This document shows positions 23,069 through 32,061 of a stretch of 64,000 bases of DNA, in pieces (the stretch's first letter is position 1; the number at the start of each line of letters is the position of its first letter). Source of the stretch: an uncultured Alphaproteobacteria bacterium (GTDB lineage Bacteria > Pseudomonadota > Alphaproteobacteria > RF32 > CAG-239); contig CALXTU010000005.1 in the NCBI GenBank assembly GCA_944391495.1, forward strand, positions 8,565-72,564, given 5' to 3'. The notes under the pieces are model-generated. The model was given only the letters and a program-made list of their open reading frames with translations. It did not search any database and was not told the DNA's origin. The translations under genes were made by a program, and so were the position numbers.

Positions 23069-23860
23069 CTATTTCAACACCGCTTTCAACACCGTATGAT
23101 CCGAAGGCTTATTACCCAAGCGCGGTGTTTTGTCAACCGTACAGCTTTCCAAACGGTCGGCGGCAGAGGCATTCAGCCACAGATAATCAATCCGCATTCC
23201 CATGTCATTTTGCAGCGCCGCACCCGTATAGTCCCAAAAAGTATAGCCGTTCTCCCGCGGATGCTGCAGCCTGAACGCGTCATAATACCCCAGATAAGAA
23301 AACGCCTGCAGTCGGCGGATAACTTCTGGCTTGAACAAGGCATTGTTTCTGAATTCTTCCGGATTATAAACGTCATGATCGGTCAGAATAACGTTAAAAT
23401 CTCCACCCAGAATAACCGGCCGGCGTTCTTCGGCCAGTTCGGCCGCCCGCCGGTAAAAAGCATCCATCCACTCCAGTTTGTAAATCCATTTACTGTCGTC
23501 GTCCGGTTTATTATACGGCGGATTGCCGTTTGGCAGATAAATCGATGCCACACGGTATTCGGTTTCGCCGACCCGCACGTCCGCCTCCAGATAACGGGCA
23601 TTTTCGTCGGCAAACCCCGGCAGTCCCGTTTGAACAACCTTGATCTTATGCCGGCTCAACACCGCCACACCGTTATAACTTTTCTGCCCCAGGATTTCGG
23701 CATTATAAGCGGCCGCCTGCAATTCAAAAAACGGAAAGGAATTAAAATCGCTTTTAATTTCCTGCAACAAAAGAATATCGGGCTTTTCTGCCGCAGCCCA
23801 CGCCGTCAGATTTTCCAGACGTGCATTGATGGAATTAACATTATAGGTGGCAATTTTCAT
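23069..23860 (-). CDS. xth: Exodeoxyribonuclease III
   Basis: MKIATYNVNSI, LQEIK, GDFN, RIDY, SDH. Confidence 0.95.
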   Translation of the reverse strand: MKIATYNVNSINARLENLTAWAAAEKPDILLLQEIKSDFNSFPFFELQAAAYNAEILGQKSYNGVAVLSRHKIKVVQTGLPGFADENARYLEADVRVGETEYRVASIYLPNGNPPYNKPDDDSKWIYKLEWMDAFYRRAAELAEERRPVILGGDFNVILTDHDVYNPEEFRNNALFKPEVIRRLQAFSYLGYYDAFRLQHPRENGYTFWDYTGAALQNDMGMRIDYLWLNASAADRLESCTVDKTPRLGNKPSDHTVLKAVLK

Positions 23861-23934
23861 TTGTTAACGCTTTCTTTAATCACCTGTCTTAAAGTAAAAG
23901 TATAATATTTTTTTCCAGATTGAAAGCAAAAAAG

Positions 23935-25089
23935 ATGACCCTTGCAGATTATGCCGTCAAAAACGAAAATTCCCGCGGGCGGATGTACCCCGATTATGCC
24001 AACCTGATTCGTTCCGATTTTCAGCGGGACCGCGACCGCCTGATTCACTCGGCGGCTTTTCGGCGCCTGGAAGGAAAGACGCAGGTCTTCGCCTATCATG
24101 AGGGCCGCAACTATCGCACCCGCCTGACCCACAGCATTGAAGTAGCGCAAATTACCCGGACTTTATGCAAAAACTTAAATCTGAATGAGGAACTCGGCGA
24201 GGCCATTGCTCTGGCGCATGATCTCGGCCATGCCCCGTTCGGCCATGCCGGAGAGAGAGGGCTTAACCGCTGCATGAAAGATTACGGCGGCTTTGACCAT
24301 AACGTCAATTCCCTCAAAATCATGACCGAAACCGAAAATCATTATCCCGGGTTCAACGGTCTGAATCTGACGTGGGAAACGCTGGAGGGCACCGTTAAAC
24401 ACAACGGCCCCGTCAAAAAAGTCACCAATGCTTTTCTCAAAGACTTCAATCGTAAATTTCCGCTGGATCTGAAAAATTACCCGTCCTTGGAGGCGCAAAT
24501 CGCCTCTTTTGCCGACGACATAGCTTACAACAACCACGACATTGACGATGGTTTCCGTGCCGGCTTTTTCACCATCGAACAGCTTTGCGAACTGGCATTT
24601 GTCAGAGAAATTATTGACCGGTTTGACAGCGAAAATCCAGGCCGGAACAATGAACTGCGCATCTATGCCGTTACGCGCTCTCTGATCAGCGCCATGGTCT
24701 TCGACTTGTTAAAGACCACCCGGCAAAACATTACTGAGCTGAAAATAAAAACAGTGGACGACGTCCGCAAAAACACTTCTTTCACCGCCAATTTTTCCAA
24801 AGAAATGCACCAGCAGATTTATGACTTACACCAGTTTCTGACGCGCCATTTCTACACTCACAGCAACATCGCCCGCATGGATATGAAATCGCAAAAAATC
24901 GTGGAAGATTTGTTCAATGCCTTTATGAGCGACGCCCGCCTGCTGCCGATGGAACTCCGCCCGCAGATCGAAAAGGCTGAAGATGAATCAGGCAAAGCCG
25001 ATTGCATTTGCACCTACATAGCCAATATGACCGATGCTTTTGCCGTTGAAGAACACCAAAAACTCTTCAACATGTCTTACCGTTTTTAA
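23935..25089 (+). CDS. dgt: dGTP triphosphohydrolase
   Basis: FQRDRDRLIHSAAFRRL, RTRLTHS, HDLGH.PFGH. Confidence 0.95.
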   Translation: MTLADYAVKNENSRGRMYPDYANLIRSDFQRDRDRLIHSAAFRRLEGKTQVFAYHEGRNYRTRLTHSIEVAQITRTLCKNLNLNEELGEAIALAHDLGHAPFGHAGERGLNRCMKDYGGFDHNVNSLKIMTETENHYPGFNGLNLTWETLEGTVKHNGPVKKVTNAFLKDFNRKFPLDLKNYPSLEAQIASFADDIAYNNHDIDDGFRAGFFTIEQLCELAFVREIIDRFDSENPGRNNELRIYAVTRSLISAMVFDLLKTTRQNITELKIKTVDDVRKNTSFTANFSKEMHQQIYDLHQFLTRHFYTHSNIARMDMKSQKIVEDLFNAFMSDARLLPMELRPQIEKAEDESGKADCICTYIANMTDAFAVEEHQKLFNMSYRF

Positions 25090-25170
25090 TTTCCGGTCGT
25101 TAAGGTATTATAAAGCTTTTCGTTATATAAACAATAATATCTTGTTATTTTTTTCAAAAGGAGACCGTCA

Positions 25171-26073
25171 ATGCTGGATGATTTTCGCGACGACGAAGAG
25201 CTGGATAAAGGTGATGAATTTTTAGACGAATTCCGTCAGCGTCTGAACTCCCAGCCCATAGAAAATCTGGAAGAACGCAAAAACGACATCAACCGTTCGC
25301 AGCATATATTTTTGGGAACTGTTTTGGGTGTCGGACTGGCCGGTATTGTCAGCTGGTTTATCCTGTCGCCGGATTATTCAAAAGTCGAAGACGCCGAAAT
25401 TCCGGTTATCCGCCGGCCGCAGACAGCCATAAAAGTTCAGCCGGCAGATCCGGGCGGTATGGAAATTTTAAATCAGGACAAAACCGTCTATGACATCGTC
25501 GAGAAAAAAGACGCTCCCGAGGTTAAGGTCGAAAACCTGTTGCCGCCGCCTGAAGAACCGAAAATTCCGGCCGTTGCGACTTCACAACCAGAAGCCGCAG
25601 CTGCGATAAATGTCGCGGAGTCTCCCGTCATTAAAGATGCCGAAAAGATTATTGCCGCCGAAGAAAAGAAAAAAGCCGAACCGGCAGCGGCTCCTCAGCC
25701 TGAGATTAAGCCTGAAATCAAAGAAGAAATAAAGGTTGTTGTTAAAGAAACACCGGCAGCTGCGGTTGAAGTTAAACAGCCGGAACCGATTAAAAAGGAA
25801 GCTCCCAAACAGACGGCGGCCGCCAAAGGCTCCTGGCAAATTCAATTGATTTCGTCGCCGAACAAATCGGCCATGGATAAAGCCTGGAAAGACCTGAGCA
25901 AAAAATATGCGGCACTTAAAGACCTGCCGCATGAAGTTCAGGAAGCCGATTTGGGCAGCAAAGGAATATTTTACCGTCTGATGGCCGGAGCTTTTGAGGA
26001 GCGCAGTGCCGCAGACAAAGTCTGCAACGCCGTCAAATCGGCCGGCGGCTCCTGCCTAGTAAAGAAAAAATAA
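25171..26073 (+). CDS. SPOR-domain (FtsN-like) protein
   Basis: Single TM, KVQPADPGGM, C-terminal SPOR domain (WQIQL...GIFYRL..G.F...C...C). Confidence 0.85.
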   Translation: MLDDFRDDEELDKGDEFLDEFRQRLNSQPIENLEERKNDINRSQHIFLGTVLGVGLAGIVSWFILSPDYSKVEDAEIPVIRRPQTAIKVQPADPGGMEILNQDKTVYDIVEKKDAPEVKVENLLPPPEEPKIPAVATSQPEAAAAINVAESPVIKDAEKIIAAEEKKKAEPAAAPQPEIKPEIKEEIKVVVKETPAAAVEVKQPEPIKKEAPKQTAAAKGSWQIQLISSPNKSAMDKAWKDLSKKYAALKDLPHEVQEADLGSKGIFYRLMAGAFEERSAADKVCNAVKSAGGSCLVKKK

Positions 26074-26729
26074 TGCTGATAAAGATTCTGACATCTGCCG
26101 TTGCCGTATTTATAGCTATTATCGCCCACGAAATAGCTCACGGTTATGTTGCCAGATTCTTGGGCGATAACACGGCGGCAAAAGCCGGCAGGTTATCATT
26201 AAACCCGCTGCGGCACATTGATTTCTTCGGAACGATTATTGTACCGATTCTGTTGTTTTTATCCAAAGCCGGCTTTATTTTCGGCTGGGCCAAACCCGTG
26301 CCGGTCAATTACAACGCTCTCCGCCGGCGCAAAAGAGACATCGTTCTGGTTGCCGCGGCCGGTATCATCACCAACCTGCTGCTTGCGGCTCTGTCTTCGC
26401 TTTTACTGCAGCTGACCCTTTGGCTGCCGTCAACCCTTTTCAGCGGTATTCTGGCCATGTTCTGGCTGAACATGATACTTTTCAATATTGTTCTGGCCGT
26501 ATTCAATCTGTTGCCCATTCCGCCGCTGGACGGTTCCAAAATTCTCTTGGGATGGTCGGATAACTTTTATGTTCAAAAGTTCCTTAATGCCGAACGCGGC
26601 GGTCTGATATTCATTATCGTTCTGGCTTTTGTCCTGCCGGCCTTACTGCAAACAGCGGACATTTCGTTCAATCCTTTCGCAATCTACCTGAAACAGGCAA
26701 CCCTCCTGTTGGTCGGCTGGCTGATTTAA
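26073..26729 (+). CDS. Site-2 protease (M50)
   Basis: HEIAH, FNLLPIPPLDG. Confidence 0.92.
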   Translation: MLIKILTSAVAVFIAIIAHEIAHGYVARFLGDNTAAKAGRLSLNPLRHIDFFGTIIVPILLFLSKAGFIFGWAKPVPVNYNALRRRKRDIVLVAAAGIITNLLLAALSSLLLQLTLWLPSTLFSGILAMFWLNMILFNIVLAVFNLLPIPPLDGSKILLGWSDNFYVQKFLNAERGGLIFIIVLAFVLPALLQTADISFNPFAIYLKQATLLLVGWLI

Positions 26730-26736
26730 AACGGAG

Positions 26737-27825
26737 ATGGCAGAAATGGAAAGACCGATCTTAGCCGCTTTGATGTCTTGCAAGGGAACAGTCCTGACCG
26801 ATGAAGAAAAGTATATTTTTTCCCGCAGCAATCCGCTCGGAGTAACTCTCTTTTCACGTAACATCGTTAACAAAAAGCAGCTGAAAAATCTGATTACCGA
26901 CATTAGGCAGACTATCGGTCGGGAAGACGTATTGATTGCCGTCGATCAGGAAGGCGGACGCGTCAGACGCCTCAAAGGGCCAAACTTCCGTGCTTATGTT
27001 TCCCAATACGCCATCGGTTCGCTGCCTGAAGCCGAAGCCAAACGCACTGCGGAACTCCACGCCCGGTTAATCAGCTGCGACTTCAATGACGTCGGCCTTA
27101 ACGTCAATTTTGCTCCGGTATTGGACATCGCCTATCCGCAGACGACCGAAGCCCTGCGCAGCCGTTGCTTTTCATCGCGGCCGGATATCGTTGCGGAACT
27201 CGGTAAGATTATGGTCGATCAATATATGCAAAACGGCATTTTACCCTGCATCAAACATCTGCCGGGACACGGCCTGGCCGTTACCGACCCGCATATGGAA
27301 CTACCGGTTGTCGACATTTCTCTTGAACGTTTGCAAACCGAGCTGGCTCCTTTTAAAAGCTGCCGTCATGCTCCTCTGGGAATGACCGCGCATATTTTAT
27401 TTCCGGCCATTGACAAACACAACCCGCTGACCCAGAGCAAAGACGGTATCAGGGAATTAATCCGCGGCCAAATTGGTTTCTCCGGTTTGCTTCTTTCAGA
27501 TGCCATTAACATGAAAGCTCTGTCCGGTTCGGTGGCAGACCGTGCATTGTCTTCTCTCCGCGCCGGCTGCGACGCCGTATGTTACTGCATGGGCCGCACG
27601 GAAGAACTCCAAGCTTTGGCCGACTGTTGCCCCAAATTATCCGACGACGCAATGGAACGTCTGGACAAAGCCGTGCAAATTTTGCATAATAATTCTCAAC
27701 AGCACTGCATCAAAGCGGACGCGGCAGAATACACAAGGCTTAAAGGTAATGCAACCCCGTACCGCAAAAATTTTGATGTAACCGAAATTTTACATAAACA
27801 ACAGCAAGGAAACGAAAAATGTTAG
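26737..27825 (+). CDS. nagZ: Beta-N-acetylhexosaminidase (GH3)
   Basis: DQEGGRVRR, KHLPGHG...DPH, SDAINMKAL. Confidence 0.93.
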   Translation: MAEMERPILAALMSCKGTVLTDEEKYIFSRSNPLGVTLFSRNIVNKKQLKNLITDIRQTIGREDVLIAVDQEGGRVRRLKGPNFRAYVSQYAIGSLPEAEAKRTAELHARLISCDFNDVGLNVNFAPVLDIAYPQTTEALRSRCFSSRPDIVAELGKIMVDQYMQNGILPCIKHLPGHGLAVTDPHMELPVVDISLERLQTELAPFKSCRHAPLGMTAHILFPAIDKHNPLTQSKDGIRELIRGQIGFSGLLLSDAINMKALSGSVADRALSSLRAGCDAVCYCMGRTEELQALADCCPKLSDDAMERLDKAVQILHNNSQQHCIKADAAEYTRLKGNATPYRKNFDVTEILHKQQQGNEKC

Positions 27826-28055
27826 AATGGATTGTCATAGCTTTAGTTATTGCTCTCATTTTCGGCGTTATTAAAATAGATGACCTCAGACATTATTGGG
27901 AAAAACTGCAACCGCGTCTGCAAGAAATCTGGTCCAAAGCTAAAAACTGGAGCGAAACCAAGGCCAAAGAAGCTAAAGCTCTTGCCGAACAGAAAAAGAT
28001 TGCCGCCAAAAAAGAAGAAAAACACAACGACAATTCTGACGACCAAACACTTTAA
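27819..28055 (+). CDS. Small single-TM protein (TatA-like architecture)
   Basis: Hydrophobic N-terminus ending LIFG, charged tail, AAGGA RBS. Confidence 0.55.
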   Translation: MLEWIVIALVIALIFGVIKIDDLRHYWEKLQPRLQEIWSKAKNWSETKAKEAKALAEQKKIAAKKEEKHNDNSDDQTL

Positions 28056-28174
28056 CCGCCGGCAGATAAAACGAATAAAATAAATTATTATGGTTTTTTG
28101 GCAATTTATGTGCTATAGTTGATATAAAGAGGCCTAAAGTATGTTAGGTATAATAATCTTATGGGAGAATCCGC

Positions 28175-28606
28175 ATGAGTATTACGTCAACGCGCAGAAT
28201 CGGTTCGGCGACGTCAGCACCTTCAAAGGTTGACAGCCGGACGTTTGTTTCCGACAACAGCTCCCAGTTTGTGGAAAATATCGACACCACCAACAATGTT
28301 TTGGTGCGTGATGAGCCGGACGGCAATTCCGGACAAAACAACCAAACGCCCTCCCGCCGCACTCCGCAGACAGATTTTAATTCGGCCTCGCCCGATATTT
28401 CCGGCAGCATTGAGGCTTTGGCCTTAAGCGGCATCTTTGAAGAGGAAACAGATACCTCTTCCGACCATAATTCAGCCAAGATTAACGTCTATACCAACAA
28501 CCAGTCCATCATTAAAGACGAAGAAATTGAGCGTACCGGCCGCAATTACCTCAAACATTTTTATGAAAAAAATGAACATTTTGAGGATATTGACGAACTT
28601 ATCTGA
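28175..28606 (+). CDS. Hypothetical protein
   Basis: 143 aa acidic/polar ORF with GGGAG RBS. Confidence 0.6.
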   Translation: MSITSTRRIGSATSAPSKVDSRTFVSDNSSQFVENIDTTNNVLVRDEPDGNSGQNNQTPSRRTPQTDFNSASPDISGSIEALALSGIFEEETDTSSDHNSAKINVYTNNQSIIKDEEIERTGRNYLKHFYEKNEHFEDIDELI

Positions 28607-28626
28607 TGCCCGAAGGAAATCTCCGG

Positions 28627-28839
28627 TTAATTATCTCCTTTTTGCGTAACATGGTCAACGGCTTTACCGATGGCATCTGCCGCATCACGCGCCATTGTTT
28701 TGGCTCCCGCGTCAACCTGATTCGCCACGCTGCCAACCGTCGTATCCGACGTAATGCTGCCATCATAAATTCCCTTGCCGACAATAAACAACGCAACCAA
28801 AATCAAAATAAGAACCAGATATTTCAAAAACGTACCCAT
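28627..28839 (-). CDS. Small membrane-anchored hypothetical protein
   Basis: N-terminal TM; GAGGAG RBS. Confidence 0.65.
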   Translation of the reverse strand: MGTFLKYLVLILILVALFIVGKGIYDGSITSDTTVGSVANQVDAGAKTMARDAADAIGKAVDHVTQKGDN

Positions 28840-28961
28840 TATTTTACTCCTCTCGTGTAAAAAATCTTACCCAAGATTATATAAGCTTTCTCCTTGCCGA
28901 TTTAAATAAACCCGCATAAAAAACCCGGCTCAAAAGCCGGGCAAAAGATATATGACGGAAT

Positions 28962-29939
28962 TTAATCTTCCGGTTTAGGCAAATCAATTTTAACCCTCGG
29001 CGCACTGTCGTCCTGCGGAACCAAAGCCTGCAAAGTTCCGACGGCCTTTTTACGTTTGAGCTTGTTAACAAACTTCAACGAACGCTGGGCATCCCACTTT
29101 TTCTTACCCTCTTCACGCTGGAATATCTGCTGATAGACTTCCGACGCCTGGTCAAATTCCGACAGTTTCGTCAAACAAGAAGCCAAACCGTCATAAAGCT
29201 TGTGATGATAACGATTACCGATAATTGACTGAGCTTTTTTGTAGCATTTAAGCGCATCATTAAACTTCATCATTTTCTGATAAACGAAACCGATGGAAAT
29301 CCATGCCTGAATTTCGCGGCTGTCAATATTCAGAATTTTGGTAAAACATTTAATCGCCGAATTATTGTCGCCCATCAGCTGATATGTTACGCCGACGCCG
29401 TTCCAGGCCTTAATGTTGTTTTTATCGGCGGCAAGAACCTTTTTGAAAAAAGAGATAGCCCGGTCATATTGTTTCAGTTTTTGCAGCGTCACCGCAACGC
29501 TCAAAAGCGTCTGCGCATGCTTGTTGTCTATTTTCATTGCCTCTTCCAGCACGTCAAGCGCTTCTTTATAAGCAAACATATGCTGCAACGCAATAGCTTT
29601 GCCGTTAAGCGCCTCCAGCGACGTTTTATCCAAGGCCACGGCCTCGTTAAAACACTGAATGGCGTCTTTATACAGGCCGCGCATACTCAGAGTAACCCCT
29701 TTGTTGTTCAAAACTTCAACCGAATTCGGGTTAATCGCCAGCGCTTTGTCGAAACATTCGACGGCCTCGGTATATTTGCTCAGTTTTTGCAGGGCAAACC
29801 CTTTGGAGTTTAACGATTTCCAAGAATCGGGCTGCTCGGCAATCGCCGCATCAAACTGGGCAATCGCATCTCTGTACATTCCCTGGTCAAGAAGTTCCTG
29901 ACCTCTTTTATATGAAGTATTATCGTTTGATTTAACCAT
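28962..29939 (-). CDS. Tetratricopeptide repeat protein
   Basis: About 8 consecutive 34-aa TPR units (NNKG..L...Y.EA..CF.KA). Confidence 0.9.
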   Translation of the reverse strand: MVKSNDNTSYKRGQELLDQGMYRDAIAQFDAAIAEQPDSWKSLNSKGFALQKLSKYTEAVECFDKALAINPNSVEVLNNKGVTLSMRGLYKDAIQCFNEAVALDKTSLEALNGKAIALQHMFAYKEALDVLEEAMKIDNKHAQTLLSVAVTLQKLKQYDRAISFFKKVLAADKNNIKAWNGVGVTYQLMGDNNSAIKCFTKILNIDSREIQAWISIGFVYQKMMKFNDALKCYKKAQSIIGNRYHHKLYDGLASCLTKLSEFDQASEVYQQIFQREEGKKKWDAQRSLKFVNKLKRKKAVGTLQALVPQDDSAPRVKIDLPKPED

Positions 29940-30021
29940 TGTTCTCTCTTTTCAATTATAAAGTTCAAAATAATTACTATTGCGACTCTAACACGGACGG
30001 CCGTTTTTGTCAAGTTGCCTG

Positions 30022-30975
30022 CTAGAATATTTTCAGTCCGCCGATAAAGCTCATCTCCGGACTGAAATCAATCATCCGGCAACCGAAACGGTTGCAAAAA
30101 TCTTTGCGCTGCCGCCTCTTTTCCGCAAAATAAGCGGCATATTCGCGGCGATACGCCCTGGCCGACGAATCAAGCAGCAGTTTTTTGCCGTCGTATTCGG
30201 CCAGATACTGCCCGGCCGGCGGCGCTTTTTCTTCCAGTTTATCAAAAACATTGATTAAAAACAGCCGGCTTTTATGTGCCAGTGCCGCCATATCGGCATC
30301 AAAGTTTTCACCCCAGCCGATAAACGAACTGATTAAAAACACGCTGGCCCGCCCTTTGACATTGGCTTGCAACAATTTAAGCGAACGTGCCTTTTCGTCT
30401 GCCGCAATTTCCGTATTGAACAAAGACTTTTCTGCCGTTTCGGAAATTTTTTTCAAAATGGCCGCCAGATAAGCTCGGTCATTTTTAGCCTTAAACAGCC
30501 AGGATTGCCGACCGTCAAAAATCACACAGCCGAAGCGGTCTTTGTTGTTGAGCGAAACCCAGCCCAGCAGCGCCGCAATTTTGGCAGCGGTAACCGCCTT
30601 AAGCTCGGTTGACGAACCAAACAGCATCAGCGGCGACAAATCAAGCCATACATAAATTTCATGATCTCGTTCTTCCAAATAAATTTTGGTATAGGGCTTT
30701 TCTTTACGCGCCGTCACCCGCCAGTCAATATCGCGTACATCATCGCCGAAAGCATATTCGCGGATTTCTTCCATTTCAACACCGCGTCCCTTAAAGGCCG
30801 ATTTGATATCGCCCGACTGCGCCGAATAAGATTTGATTTTGCGGCTGTTCTGCAGATACGCGGCATAACGCCGCATATCCATCAGTTCGTTAAGACCGGC
30901 ATAAAGCCCGTTTCCGCCCTGCGGACGAGAACCGGTTTTAAAAAGTCTGGCGGTTATTTTTTTCAGTTTGCCCAT
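30022..30975 (-). CDS. DUF58 protein
   Basis: GRGVEMEEIREY..GDDVRDIDWRVTAR, DLSP.M.FGS; follows MoxR. Confidence 0.92.
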   Translation of the reverse strand: MGKLKKITARLFKTGSRPQGGNGLYAGLNELMDMRRYAAYLQNSRKIKSYSAQSGDIKSAFKGRGVEMEEIREYAFGDDVRDIDWRVTARKEKPYTKIYLEERDHEIYVWLDLSPLMLFGSSTELKAVTAAKIAALLGWVSLNNKDRFGCVIFDGRQSWLFKAKNDRAYLAAILKKISETAEKSLFNTEIAADEKARSLKLLQANVKGRASVFLISSFIGWGENFDADMAALAHKSRLFLINVFDKLEEKAPPAGQYLAEYDGKKLLLDSSARAYRREYAAYFAEKRRQRKDFCNRFGCRMIDFSPEMSFIGGLKIF

Positions 30976-30997
30976 TTCTGCACCTGCGGCAAAAAAA

Positions 30998-31960
30998 CTA
31001 CGGCAGCGGTACCAGTTTCAGCAGCGAGGCAATAACGTCATCGGTTGTCAGCCCCTCGGCCTGAGCTTCAAAGCTCAAAATAATCCTATGACGCAGAATA
31101 TCGTAAACCACGGCGTGCAAATCCTCCGGCGCCACAAAATCTTTGCCCTTCAACCAGGCATGAACTTTGGCGCAGCGGTCAAGCGCCAGCGTCGCACGCG
31201 GACTGGCCCCGTAGGCAACCCGCCCCTTCAACGCCGTATTATATTTTTCCGGATGACGCGTCGCCATAATCAGCTGCACCAGATATTCCTCAACCCGCTC
31301 GCTCATATGCACCTGCAAAGCCTCGTGGCGTGCTGCCAAAACATCGCCCACCGTAACCTCGGCTTTAAGTTCCGGCTCGCTGCCGCCGATTTCATCTCGT
31401 ACCAGATGCAGAATCTGTTTTTCGGTCGCAACGTCCGGCTGGTCAATTTTGACATACATCAAAAATCTGTCCAGCTGAGCCTCCGGCAGATTATACGTTC
31501 CCTCGTGTTCAATCGGGTTTTGCGTAGCCATCACCATAAACAATTCCGGCAGCGGATATCTCTGCCCGCCGACGCTGACCTGACGTTCGGCCATGGCCTC
31601 CAACAGCGCCGACTGCACTTTTGCCGGCGCACGGTTAATCTCGTCGGCCAGCACCAGATTGGCAAACACCGGCCCTTTGCGAAACTCAAAACGCCCCTCG
31701 CCCGCCAGATAAATATCGCTGCCGGTAATATCCGACGGCAAAAGATCCGGCGTAAACTGGATTCGGTTATAATCGGCCTTAATCAGTGATGCCAGGGTTT
31801 TAATCGCTTTGGTTTTGGCCAGACCCGGGGCGCCCTCGACCAGAGCGTTGCCGTCCGCCAGCAGGGTTATCAGCAATTTGTCAACCAAATCCTCCTGCCC
31901 GAGGATACGGGCGTTCATTACTTTTTGCAAACCGATAATTTTTTCGCGTATTTCCGACAT
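30998..31960 (-). CDS. moxR: MoxR-family AAA+ ATPase
   Basis: EGAPGLAKT, RIQFTPDLLPSD, ADEINRAPAKVQSALL, LPEAQLDRF. Confidence 0.95.
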   Translation of the reverse strand: MSEIREKIIGLQKVMNARILGQEDLVDKLLITLLADGNALVEGAPGLAKTKAIKTLASLIKADYNRIQFTPDLLPSDITGSDIYLAGEGRFEFRKGPVFANLVLADEINRAPAKVQSALLEAMAERQVSVGGQRYPLPELFMVMATQNPIEHEGTYNLPEAQLDRFLMYVKIDQPDVATEKQILHLVRDEIGGSEPELKAEVTVGDVLAARHEALQVHMSERVEEYLVQLIMATRHPEKYNTALKGRVAYGASPRATLALDRCAKVHAWLKGKDFVAPEDLHAVVYDILRHRIILSFEAQAEGLTTDDVIASLLKLVPLP

Positions 31961-32061
31961 TTTTTAATCCTTTTTTCTGCTAAAAAGTCTTATTTTGTTC
32001 TTTTCATAAGCACATAATTTATATATATTGCTTAAAAGTTAAAAAAACAAGAAGATTAGCA

